Shown: piece by piece, positions 11,838 through 21,924 of the stretch
Position numbering within the stretch: the first letter of the stretch is position 1
Layout: each line of letters starts with the position of its first letter
NCBI RefSeq assembly: GCF_006345805.1
Contig: NC_043024.1
Coordinates: 4,960,001 to 5,024,000, forward strand
Direction: 5' to 3'
Length of the DNA stretch: 64,000 bases
Origin: Octopus sinensis
Lineage: Eukaryota
Made by a program: the position numbers and the translations under genes
Notes under the pieces: model-generated
What the model was told of the DNA's origin: nothing
Databases searched by the model: none
Seen by the model: the letters and a program-made list of their open reading frames with translations, nothing else

Positions 11838-12125
11838 CGGTTTATTTTGCCGAACCGCTAAGTGACAGGGACATAAACACACCAGCATCGGTTGTCAAGC
11901 AATGCTAGGGGTCAAACACAGACACACAAACATATACACACACATACATACATATATATACATATATACGACAGGCTAATTTCAGTTTCCGTCGACCAAA
12001 TTCACTCACAAGGCATTGGTCAGCCCGAGGCTATAGTAGAAGACACTTGCCCAAGGTGCCACGCAGTGGGACTGAACCCAGAACCATGTGGTTGGTAAAC
12101 AAGCTACTTACCACACAGCCACCCT
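11838..12125 (-). mobile_element. SINE family 1
   Basis: Matches 5400-5712. Confidence 0.85.
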
Positions 12126-12569
12126 TGCGTATTGATGTTTTTTTTTTAATATTTTTCTCCTATTATATTTTATGGAATGACTAGCAGAGATACCCGGCGT
12201 TGCTCAGTATTAAAATGTCATAGTTTGTGTATATATATATTACAGTTATGTTGAAACAGGTTATATAGGAAAGTGCAGCATTGATAACAAAACATTTGTG
12301 GAGTAAATGATGGGCTAATTGGACAAAGCGACTTGTCATTTGTCCGAGTATTCCTTGCCCTGACCAGTCGTGGAAAATTGGGGGTGGAGGGTTTGTGGTT
12401 TTTGAATGCACAGAAAAGCTGTCAGTGGATATGCTTTCCTTTGTGGCAGTTGGTGTTGCATCTAACATGACCCATCGTCTGAAGTTTTGACACCTCCTTT
12501 GGGTTTATTGTCCTACATCACTCATGAAGATCAGCAAACACAGGACCTGTGACACATAAAAGCACCAAC

Positions 12570-12787
12570 CAATCGTGGCCATTTGCCAGCGTCCTCTGGC
12601 CGGTGGCACGTAAAAAGCACCCACTATACTCACAGAGTGGTTGCGCGTTACGAAGGGCATGCAGCTTTAGAAACACTGCCAGATCAGACTGGAGCCTGGT
12701 GCAGCCTCCTGGTTTCCCAGATTCCGGTCAAACCGTCCAACCCATGCTAGCATGGAAAACGGACGTTAAACGATGATGATGATGAAG
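12570..12787 (+). mobile_element. RTE LINE 3' end
   Basis: ggcacgtaaaaagcacc...gaaaacggacgttaaacgatgatgatgatg. Confidence 0.85.
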
Positions 12788-12789
12788 AT

Positions 12790-13370
12790 GTGGTTGGGTG
12801 TTCATTTGTGGGTAACAGGGAACCATTGAGGTGACAGACTTGCCCTTCGACTGTGAATGTCAGTGTAAATCCATGTTCAGCTATCTCCTTAGATGCACCA
12901 AACAATGTCATTTGTGATGCAGGATTGTCTGATATTGCTCAGGAAATCCTTTGACTGGATGGAAGTACCTTCCAGAAGAGGTTGAGAAGGAGCTGGTAGT
13001 GCTGGCAATATTACCTTACTGCCTGGGCATTGCATGCCATTAGTTTCATTTGGAAATTTTAAAGCTTTACAGAAACAACGATTTGAGTTTAGCACACTAA
13101 TTTGGACAAAATTATCATTTTCATACAAATGGGATGGATTATATATGAAAGCAGCTCCAGGATTTGTGAAGAACGAATTTATACATAGTCTGTTTGTGAG
13201 AGCTATTCTATTGGACCACTGTCTAATCATTAAAATGTTTTAATGGCTAAGCATTAAATGCTGCAGCATGTGTTTGCTGATCTTGCAAAAGTCTCATCTC
13301 CCTTCTGTATTGAGACTCCATCTGACGTGCTGCGGCTTGCCTTTGCTGATCTTGAGAAAGTCCCATCTTG
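12790..13370 (-). mobile_element. Helitron Rep N-terminal fragment (degenerate)
   Basis: Translation pieces AAFIYNP...CFCKALKFPNETNGMQC.GSKVILPALP...SKDFLSNIRQ and QMTLFGA...FTVEGQVCHLNGSLLP resemble the conserved Helitron Rep N-terminus. Confidence 0.7.
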
Positions 13371-13569
13371 CTTCTGTCTTAGGAAGCAAGATGGAAATAT
13401 TGTCCAATGATATGTACTTTAATGTTTTACATAATATCTGAAGGAAGAGGAGCTGAAGTCTGTGCATATGTATCATATAATTTTAATAAAATAAATTTTA
13501 AAGACTAATTATTGGGGTAAATGTTTATATCCACAGTTTATCATTATGAAAATGTAGTTATATTTTCTA

Positions 13570-13630
13570 TTGTTGAATCTCTGCTTTTCAAGTCTTTCCT
13601 ATATCTTCTACTGTTTCTGTGTCATTTCAG
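13570..13630 (+). promoter_or_regulatory. Splice acceptor of ZNF gene A terminal exon
   Basis: Pyrimidine tract ending TTTCAG at 13630; the same sequence precedes genes B (17343) and E (35293, minus). All three frames after the AG hit a stop within about 25 nt, so the exon starts in 5'UTR. Confidence 0.7.
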
Positions 13631-13705
13631 AATATGAGATGTTAGTGGTATAAAGGAGTTTTTACTTCAGATACATCAGGAATATTGATCATCATTTGAA
13701 GACTA

Positions 13706-13762
13706 ATGGAAGATGTTATAAATAATATATATAACCACGTTTATATAATTTATCTATGGTGA
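13706..13762 (+). CDS. Candidate uORF micropeptide MEDVINNIYNHVYIIYLW (gene A leader)
   Basis: Same position and length (18 aa) as the uORFs of B and E, but more diverged. Confidence 0.35.
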   Translation: MEDVINNIYNHVYIIYLW

Positions 13763-13985
13763 AGAACTGAAAAATTCCATCTGAATTAGCAGCAACATTT
13801 GTTTCCATCATTGCCTGGAATATTTGCTAAAGTATTTCCCATTCAGTCTGAACTTGGAAAAATCTGCAAAGGTGTTTCTATTACCTTTAGCTATTGACAA
13901 AGACCAAACTTGTGGAAAATCAACAAAGGAATATATAAGAAGAACAGGAAAAATATATTTTGTGCTTGTATACTATAGAACAATA

Positions 13986-14666
13986 ATGAATCCTCAAGAG
14001 ATGACAAAAGAAAGAAAAAAGTTATCACACCAATGTGATATCTGTAAAAATACTTTTTCTAATAAGGGAAATCTCACTGTTCACAAATTCATTCATGCAG
14101 GTAGGAAGCCATATCACTGTTATGTCTGTGGTAAATCATTCTCTCAAAAAAGTCACCTTACTCACCACAAATACGTTCATACAGGAGAGAAAGCACATCA
14201 CTGTGATATCTGTGGAAAATCATTCTCCCCAAAAAGTAGCCTTACTCGTCACAAATACACTCATACAGGAGAGAAACAATATCAGTGTGATATTTGTGGT
14301 AAATCATTCTCTGATAAAAGTAACCTTACTAGACACAAATCCACTCATACAGGAGACAAACCATATCACTGTGATATTTGTAGTATGTCATTTCCTAATA
14401 GGAGTAGCCTTACTTCTCACATATCCATTCATACAGGAGAGAAACCTTATCACTGTGATATCTGTGGTAAATCATTCTCTCAGAAAATTCACCTTATTAG
14501 ACACAAATCCACTCATACAGGAGAGAAACCTTATCAGTGTGATATTTGTGGTAAATCATTCTCTCAAAAAAGTCACCTTACTTCTCACAAATCCATTCAT
14601 ACAGGAGAGAACCCACATGACTGTGATATTTGTGGTAAATCATTCTCAGAAGATAGGCCTTACTAA
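13986..14666 (+). CDS. C2H2 zinc-finger protein A (226 aa, 7 complete fingers, no effector domain)
   Basis: ATG of MNPQEM is conserved across paralogs; CxxC-x12-HxxxH repeats with TGEKP-type linkers; the 8th finger is broken by a frameshift. Confidence 0.8.
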   Translation: MNPQEMTKERKKLSHQCDICKNTFSNKGNLTVHKFIHAGRKPYHCYVCGKSFSQKSHLTHHKYVHTGEKAHHCDICGKSFSPKSSLTRHKYTHTGEKQYQCDICGKSFSDKSNLTRHKSTHTGDKPYHCDICSMSFPNRSSLTSHISIHTGEKPYHCDICGKSFSQKIHLIRHKSTHTGEKPYQCDICGKSFSQKSHLTSHKSIHTGENPHDCDICGKSFSEDRPY

Positions 14667-14980
14667 ACACAAATCCATTCATACAGGAGAGAAACCTCAT
14701 TAATGTGATGTCTGTGGAATGTCATTCTCTCAAAGACGTTACCTTGATTCTCACAAACACATTCATACAGGAGAGAAACCATATCAATGTCGTATTTGTG
14801 GTAAATCATTCTCCCATAAGCATAGCCTTACTTATCACATATCCATTCATACTGGAGAGAAACTGTATGAGTGTGATATTTGTGGTAAATCATTGTCTTG
14901 CTTGCGCTCTTTAACCTCTCATAAAACATTCATACAGGAGAAAACCATAGAACTCTAATATCTGCAGTAAATTACACTAA
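14667..14980 (+). pseudogene. Out-of-frame decayed fingers of gene A
   Basis: Three further recognisable fingers after TAA at 14701-14703, two 1-bp deletions, and a TAG at 14948-14950 equivalent to the stop of gene B. Confidence 0.8.
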
Positions 14981-14983
14981 GTC

Positions 14984-15575
14984 AGATCTTTTCCTTTGAA
15001 CAGCAGTTTTTAACAAAATTTCTAGTTAACTAACACACTTTAAAACTTCATATACTGGTAGAATGTATCAAAATAAACATTTTTTCTCTTGGCTTTCTTG
15101 AGAAAATTGTAAATTGCTTGTTTAATGTAGTTTAATTTTTCAAATTTTAACCAATCCTATGCCCTCTATTGGGAACGGCAGTTTTTTCTAGCAGTGTCAT
15201 ATGAAATTGTCACCCATAATTATGGCTCTAGTATCGATCTATTGCATTTCAATCTGTTTTAGGGTTAGGGTTAGGAGTTGAGGAAAGGGTATCTTTTTTT
15301 TTTTACAAATGTAAATAAACCCAATCTGTTTCTTAAACGAGGGACATATTCATATGGCAAAGAATGTTTTCACCTCAATAGACGTCATTGATTAGTTGAA
15401 ATTGCAGAAATTGAAGAAATAAAAAACAACAAATATCTTACAAACTATAGGATTTTCTCAATAAAGCCAAGAGAAAAAGATGTTTTATAAACACATTCTA
15501 CCAGTATACGAAGTTCAACATTTTTTAGTTACGCGGAAATTATGTTAAAAACTGCCGGTCAAACCGAAAAGATCC
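14984..15575. mobile_element. Composite foldback MITE (GGATCTTTTCGGTTTGAACGGCAG-type termini)
   Basis: The left ~190 bp is an imperfect inverted copy of the right end; internal TTAGGG units; family members at 51411-51796, 57025-57421 and 62462-62805. Confidence 0.8.
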
Positions 15576-15597
15576 TAAATTCTTTCTAGAGTAGTTT

Positions 15598-15912
15598 ATA
15601 ATAATAATAATAATGAAATTATTGTATACAGTGCTCAGGTGCACCACAACTTGTCAGAAAGTGCATATAAAGTACATGCAGTAATGTAGAAATGTCTGGA
15701 AAGTGAACATGCTTGTGTGTGTATGGAGGGGAGAAAATCAGGTGTAGTGTTGGCGAATCTCAGGAAGCATGGAAGTCTTGAAGGATGCAGTGCTCCGACA
15801 ACTAACAACCGATGCCGGCAGTTTGTTCCACGCTTCAGCAACTCTCAGCGTGAAAAAATGTTTCCTGAAGTCATGGGAGCTGTGCTGTTTTCTTACTTTG
15901 TAAATATGAAGA
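15598..15912 (-). mobile_element. CR1/L2-like family a, 3' fragment
   Basis: Reverse matches 11260-11575. Confidence 0.85.
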
Positions 15913-16009
15913 ATTAGTTAGAAAATTCAATACTTGTCCTTCTCATCAAGTAAACTCTTAGCAGGAAAAGAATCAGAAAAATGCCTTTTATCTTAAACAA
16001 AAAAAAAAA

Positions 16010-16095
16010 GCAAACTGTTTGAATGGCGGTGCCCCAGCATGGCCACAGCTCGTTTGCTGAAACTTGATGAAAATAGAAACAAATAAATAAATAAA
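16010..16095 (+). mobile_element. CR1-like family b, extreme 3' end
   Basis: aatggcggtgccccagcatggccacagctc...gctgaaac, as at 43848-43895. Confidence 0.65.
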
Positions 16096-16909
16096 ACTAA
16101 GGGAGATCACTCCCGTTTTCATTTCTAATACTCTTTAAACGATTGAATTTGGATTTAATAAAAATATTATTGAATAAGACTTTGCGAGTCAGCTTTACAT
16201 AATTTCTTGGGTATTGGTTAGAAAACAACCCACGGGTTTCTCACCTTAACCTTAACCTTAAAAAGAAATAGACGAAGAACGACACTAGAGGTTTAAAGAG
16301 GAGATCGTAATAGTAGCAAAAAAAACTGAATATTTGTATTTTTTGCCATTATTCGGGGTTTTTTCATTATAATTCACATTTCTTAAACGTAATTATAGCA
16401 ATAAAAACTATTAAAAATTTACCACTTCAGTTTTAGCATCCGACAAATGCGTAGTAATAGGATGGATACAATATTTAGAAGTTAGTTCGTTTCGTTGAAG
16501 TTCCGTGTCGATTTTTCTAAAGTGCCTTTAAATTATATTTCCCGCCAGATCGATCCTTTATGTAATTAACGTTAATTCATATTAAACACTAATTTATTTA
16601 TCATAACAGGTAAGATACAATACATGTTTTGTTTGTGGTAAAAGCCGATGACCCTGGTTTATTGGAAACTCCAGACAATTGTGAAAGTTTTGAATGTTGC
16701 TAATCTGATTTCGATATTAATTCCATCTCCGTTAAACTTCTTGAACAATGCCAAGAAAATCTAATCTTAATTTTACTTGGTATGTCGATGAAAAAGCACC
16801 AAATTTTTAATGTCTTTTAGGCGTTGTTACGATATAAGTACCGGATACATTTAAAAAAAGTGTTGTTGTTTTTTATATATGGGGGGTTTTCTCCCCTCCA
16901 TACACACGC

Positions 16910-17035
16910 AAGCATGTATCTGACTCGTACACTGTTCACTTGCCAGACATTTGTACATTACTGTATATAATTTATACGCACTTTTGACAAGTTGTGGTGC
17001 ACCTGAGCACTGTATACAGTAATTTCATTATTATT
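16910..17035 (+). mobile_element. CR1/L2-like family a, 3'UTR fragment
   Basis: gtggtgcacctgagcactgtatac...ttcattattatt, as at 11520-11570. Confidence 0.7.
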
Positions 17036-17418
17036 TTAAAAGTCGTGAACACAACCTAATTTCATTAATAGACCTGTTCAGCCAGGGATGATTCCGGGCT
17101 AAACAACAGTGACTTATCACATTTCTGAAGATAGTAGGAAGTTATTGTCCAATATTTTGTAGTTTAACAATTTACATAATATCTGAAGGCAAAGGAACGG
17201 AAGTCTGTGTATAGAGACTAATTATTCGGGTTAAGGTTTATATAAACAGTTTATTATTATGAAAATGTAGTAATATTTTTTATAGTTGAATCTCTGCTTT
17301 TCAAGTCTTTCCTATATCTTCTACTGTTTCTGTGTCATTTCAGAATATGAGATGTTAGTGGTATAAAGGAGTATTTACATCAGATACATCATGAATATTG
17401 ATCATCATTTGAAAACTA

Positions 17419-17475
17419 ATGGAAGATATTATAAATAATATATATAACCCTGTTTCTATTACAAATCTATGGTGA
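17419..17475 (+). CDS. Candidate uORF micropeptide MEDIINNIYNPVSITNLW (gene B leader)
   Basis: Peptide identical to the E uORF; the 3 nucleotide differences are all silent, including a TGA/TAA stop swap. Confidence 0.5.
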   Translation: MEDIINNIYNPVSITNLW

Positions 17476-17704
17476 ATAACTGTGAAATATTTCTTTGGAA
17501 TTAATACGAACGTTTGTTTTCTTCATTGCCAGTATTTTACATTCTGTTTGAATTTGGAAAAATCTGTGGTCTTTGTATTATCTTCAGATATTCGAGAAGA
17601 TCAGATTTGCTGTAAATATAGCAGTAGAAGTATTTGAATCAACAAAGACATTTATAAAGAAGAAAAGAAAAATATATTTTGGGGTCGTATACTGCAGAAG
17701 AATA

Positions 17705-18841
17705 ATGAATCCGCCGGAGATGACAAGAGAAAGAGAAAAATTATCAGACCAATGTGATATCTGTAAAAAGACTTTTTCTAATACAGCAAATCTCACTGTT
17801 CACAAGTGTATTGATCCAAGTGGAAAGCAATATCGCTGTGATATCTGTGGTAAATCATTCTCTAAAAAATATAACCTTACTCATCACAAATACATTCATA
17901 CAGGAGAGAAACCATATCAATGTGGTATTTGTGGTAAATCATTCTCTAATAGGAGTAGCCTTACTTGTCACAAATACATTCATACAGGAGAGAAACTGTA
18001 TCACTGTGACATCTGTGGTAAATCATTCTCCCAAAAAAGTCACCTTAAACCTCACAAATACATTCATACAGGTGAGAAACCATATCAATGCGATATCTGT
18101 GATAAATCCTTTTCACTAAGGAATGATTTAGCTAAACACAAACTTTCACATACTCATGAAAAGCCGTATCACTGCAAAATTTGTGGTAAATCATACTCTC
18201 AAAGAAGTCACCTTGGTTCTCACAAATACATTCACACAGGAGAGAAACCATATCACTGTGATATTTGTGGTAAATCATTCACTCAAAAATGTAACCTTGA
18301 TTCTCACAAACACATTCATACAGGAGAGAAACCACATCATTGTGATATTTGTGGTAAATCATTCTCTCAAAAAGGTAGCCTGACTTCTCACAAATCCATT
18401 CATACAGGAGAGAAACCATATCACTGTGATATTTGTGGTAAATCATTCTCTCAAAAAGGTAACCTGACTTCTCACAAATCCATTCATACAGGAGAGAAAC
18501 CATATCACTGTGATATATGTAATAAGTCCTTTTATATAAGAAGTTCTTTAACTAAACACAAACTTATTCATGCTGATGAGAAACCATATCAATGTAGCAT
18601 TTGTGGTAAATCATTCACTCAAAAATGTAACCTTACTCACCACAAACACATTCATACAGGTGAGAAACCATATCAGTGTGATATCTGTGGTAAATCATTC
18701 ACTGGAAAAAGTAACCTTAGTCATCACAAATACATTCATACAGGAGAGAAACGATATCACTGTGATATCTGTGGTAAATCATTCTTTCATAAAAGTAACT
18801 TTAATAGACACAAATACATTCATACAGGAGAGAAATCATAG
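17705..18841 (+). CDS. C2H2 zinc-finger protein B (378 aa, 12 canonical fingers plus 1 degenerate first finger)
   Basis: Intact ORF from MNPPEM; acceptor at 17343; ends in TAG replacing the linker Tyr codon. Confidence 0.88.
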   Translation: MNPPEMTREREKLSDQCDICKKTFSNTANLTVHKCIDPSGKQYRCDICGKSFSKKYNLTHHKYIHTGEKPYQCGICGKSFSNRSSLTCHKYIHTGEKLYHCDICGKSFSQKSHLKPHKYIHTGEKPYQCDICDKSFSLRNDLAKHKLSHTHEKPYHCKICGKSYSQRSHLGSHKYIHTGEKPYHCDICGKSFTQKCNLDSHKHIHTGEKPHHCDICGKSFSQKGSLTSHKSIHTGEKPYHCDICGKSFSQKGNLTSHKSIHTGEKPYHCDICNKSFYIRSSLTKHKLIHADEKPYQCSICGKSFTQKCNLTHHKHIHTGEKPYQCDICGKSFTGKSNLSHHKYIHTGEKRYHCDICGKSFFHKSNFNRHKYIHTGEKS

Positions 18842-19680
18842 CACTGTGATATCTGCAGTAAATCATTCTAAGTCTATTCATAAAGGAGACAAACTATGTC
18901 ACTGTGATATCTGTGGTAAATCATTCTCTTGGGAATGTGCTATATGTACTCATAAATGTATTTATACAAGAGAGAAGCCCTATCACTGTGATATCTGTGG
19001 TAAATCATTCTCTGTGGAACAATATTTAACTAATTACAAATTCATTCAGACAGGAGAGAAAGCATATCACTGTAATATCTGCAGTAAATCATTCTGCGTA
19101 AGAAAATATTTTCGTCACAAATCCACTTACATTGGGCAGATATTGTATCATTGTGATCATCATCATCATCGTTTAGCGTCCGCTTTCCATGCTAGCATGG
19201 GTTGGACGGTTCAACTGGGGTCTGGGAAGCCAGAAGGCTGCACCAGGCTCAGTCTGATCTGGCAGTGTTTCTACAGTTGGATGCCCTTCTTAACGCCAAC
19301 CACTCCGTGATTGTAGTGGATGCTTTTTACGTGCCACCGGCAAAGGTGCCAGACGAGGCTGGCAAACGGCCACGATCGGATGGTGCTTTCTACGTGCCAC
19401 CAGCACGGAGGCCAGTTAGGGTGGCGCTGGCTCTGGCAACATTCGGATGGTTCTCTTATGTGCCACCGGCACTGGTATCACAACTTCAAATTCCATTGAT
19501 GTTGATCAATTATGATTTTGATTTTTGGTTTTGATATCTGTAGTAAATCATTCCCTTTGGATTATGCTGTTTAACTAATTTTAAATGCATTCATACAGGA
19601 GAGAAGGCATATTGCTGTGTTATCTGTGCAAAATCATTCTCTTAATGTAATTTAACTAAACCTATATTTATTCATATTGA
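18842..19680 (+). pseudogene. Decayed finger tail of gene B (interrupted by an RTE tail)
   Basis: About 5 degenerate finger units continue past the stop, on both sides of the 19158-19535 insertion. Confidence 0.8.
19158..19535 (-). mobile_element. RTE LINE 3' end inserted into a finger codon run
   Basis: Flanks rejoin as TGT GAT | ATC TGT AGT AAA TCA TTC (C-D-I-C-S-K-S-F). Confidence 0.88.
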
Positions 19681-19964
19681 TCAATAACAATACCAGTGAT
19701 AAAATGGGGAATGAAATACAGCAATTGTATTACTTTATTTGAGACAAATAAATTTTTTACATTTTCCTCATTTGCATCAACTCATTAATTATGATGTGTG
19801 TGGTTTTCATTCAAACAATTTTAATTACATTAATTTGCTGTTTTCTTGTGGATATATTATTTCGACACCATTGTATCACATTCCAGTTCCCAACGATGAT
19901 CAGTTGTTCTCTGCTGGACATGCTTAGGCTATCCCACGATCTGCAGCCTATAATCTAATGAACA

Positions 19965-20368
19965 ATATGTGTCCATAGCTTGTACTGGGTACACTACATG
20001 GAGTTTCTCCTGACATCTTTTCTACATGCCTAAAAGGGCCATCTCTGTCTTTGGTCTTTGCTAAATTTACTGTATGGTTTTTCAATCCAGATGTTGTTTC
20101 CAAACCTGAAATTTGTTCTCTAATTGTGGTAGGGATTCAGCAATAAGAAGGTCATCAGCTTGAAAGAGATCCCAAGGGCAGCCAATCTAAAATTCCTCTG
20201 TTATTGCTTGCAGGACTATGATGAACAAGAGTGGGGTGAAAAACGATCCTTGGTGGACTTCTATTTTGACACTAAAATTCATGCTATACTCGTTGGTGAC
20301 ATTTACCTTACTGACAGCATCCCTATACATGGCTTTTACATGTCTCACCAACCACTCATCTCTCCCTA
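19965..20368 (-). mobile_element. RTE ORF fragment
   Basis: WLVRHVKAMYRDAVSKV...VHQGS..TPLLFIIVLQAITEEF matches the RTE RT at 3080-3330. Confidence 0.75.
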
Positions 20369-20394
20369 AACGACGATGCCGTGCTGATCTCATT

Positions 20395-20710
20395 CTCGCT
20401 CACAACATGATAAGCGGAAAGTTGTTCTTCACTCCTGCTCCAGAGTGTCGGCTGCGGGGTCACTCCGAAAAGCTCTATCTGTGACAATTTCATCTCAATC
20501 AAAGGAGAGGGGCTTTCTCCCTCTGGGTTGCGGATCCGTGGAACAAGCTGCCGGATGAGATAATGAAGATGCCGATGACCGTTCGGTTCAAAGTCTCTCT
20601 TGACCAGAAACGGCCTGAACTCTTTGTATGACCACCCTCCCTGTACATAACTCCATGTCCCCCTACATGGCCTTGCTTTTTGCTTTTTGAGCCAAAAAAT
20701 TAACTTAACT
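20395..20710 (+). mobile_element. CR1-like LINE C-terminal/3' fragment (third family)
   Basis: LRGHSEKL...FSLWVADPWNKLPDEI-type CR1 C-terminal motif. Confidence 0.6.
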
Positions 20711-20959
20711 TAGCTTCTCTATTGCTCACCAAATAATGGAGTAGGGGACTCTGTCAAAAGCTTTCTCCATGTCAACAAAATCCAAATACAAAGATATATC
20801 TTTGACCAAGTACTTCTGCTTTTGCCTCACCAGGAAGATAGCATCGTTTGTGCTTCTACTTGATACAATTCTACTCCTTGATCCATGGAACTTACATTTA
20901 TATATGAGGAGACCCTGCTGTACTTGAGGGGACCTATTGTCTCAAGTACATTAACATCA

Positions 20960-21420
20960 AAAAATCAAATGGAAATTGTAGATGTGATACCTGTGCTGGT
21001 GGCAAGTAAAAAGCACCATCCGAACATGGCTGATGCCAGCACCACCTTGACTGGCTTCCATACCGGTAAAAAGCACAACTGATCATGGCCGGCATTTAAA
21101 GGAATTTAAGATTGGCTGCCCTTGGGATCTCTTCCAAGCGGATGACCTTGTTCTTATTGCTGAATCCCTACCTCAATTAGAGAACAAATTTCAGGTATGG
21201 AAGCAAGATCTGGATTGAAAAACCATACAGTAAATTTAGCAAAGACCAAAGAAAGATCCTGTCAGGGAGATGGCCCTGCTTGGCATGGAGAAAAAGGCAT
21301 CCAGCTGTAGAAACACTGCCAGATCAGACTGGAGCCTGGTGCAGCCATCTGGCTTCCCAGAGACCCGGTCAAACCGTCCAACCCATGCCATCAAGGAAAG
21401 CAGACATTAAACGACGATGA
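20960..21420 (+). mobile_element. Rearranged RTE fragments with GAT tail
   Basis: ADDLVLIAE-like RT piece at about 21138-21165 followed by the RTE 3'UTR and gatgatg. Confidence 0.65.
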
Positions 21421-21424
21421 TGCA

Positions 21425-21625
21425 GAAACGTTAGCAGGCCGGGCGAAATGCTTTGCAGTATTTTGTCTGTCGTTACGTTCTGAGTTCAAATTCCGCCAAG
21501 GTCGACTTTGCCTGTCATCCTTTTGGGGTCGATAAATAAAGTACCAGTTTCACACTGGGGTTGATGTAATCGACTTAATCCCTTTGTCCCCTCTATGTTT
21601 AGCCCCTTGTGGGCAGCAAAGAAAT
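21425..21625 (+). mobile_element. SINE family 2
   Basis: Matches 890-1100. Confidence 0.8.
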
Positions 21626-21924
21626 GGATGATGATGATGATATAATTAACGGAAGATACAAGAATATTTATTGATCACAACAGTTGTTTCAACATATCTT
21701 GCTTCAATCCTTTATGAGTGGAATATTGAAGAGTTGCTTTATGTGTAGCCAACAGTGTAGATGTGTCTTTTCAGGTGATTACAAGATATATTTCATTAAA
21801 ATAACGTCTGTTCTGCAAAATTTCTTCTTGTTATGCGTTTGTTTTATAATTTGTTGATATTATTTGATTTACAAAACACAAGGTATTAAATATTAAGATG
21901 GCCATTTGCCAGCCTGCTGTGGCC

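Noticed and set aside
12790-13400. Helitron-mediated capture or duplication of gene A
   Set aside because: Only an internal Rep fragment abuts the leader homology. No Helitron termini flank the gene, and B and E lack the fragment.
13824-13985. N-terminal extensions of the ZNF ORFs (TTG starts in the ORF track) as an effector domain
   Set aside because: The upstream frame and length are not conserved among A, B, D and E, and no KRAB, BTB, SCAN or SET-like motif is visible.
14035-14703. Alternative-frame and antisense ORFs over the finger arrays (ISVVNHSL.../MIYHRYH... type; also 17754-19310, 26324-27406, 34136-34465, 59162-59344)
   Set aside because: These are shadow frames that follow from the conserved 84-bp finger codons; there is no independent coding evidence.
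13986-14960. 84-bp and 168-bp periodic repeats as a CRISPR-like array
   Set aside because: The periodicity is fully explained by C2H2 finger codons; there is no repeat-spacer structure and the context is eukaryotic.
15259-15275. TTAGGG repeats (also about 51685 and 62765) as interstitial telomere
   Set aside because: Only 2-3 units, always at the same position inside one MITE family.
18839-18870. A-to-I recoding of the terminal UAG to Trp (aromatic residue at the Tyr position) to extend the array
   Set aside because: In B readthrough adds only 9 residues before TAA. In A the TAG is already out of frame, and in C the downstream fingers lack Cys/His. No functional extension is available.
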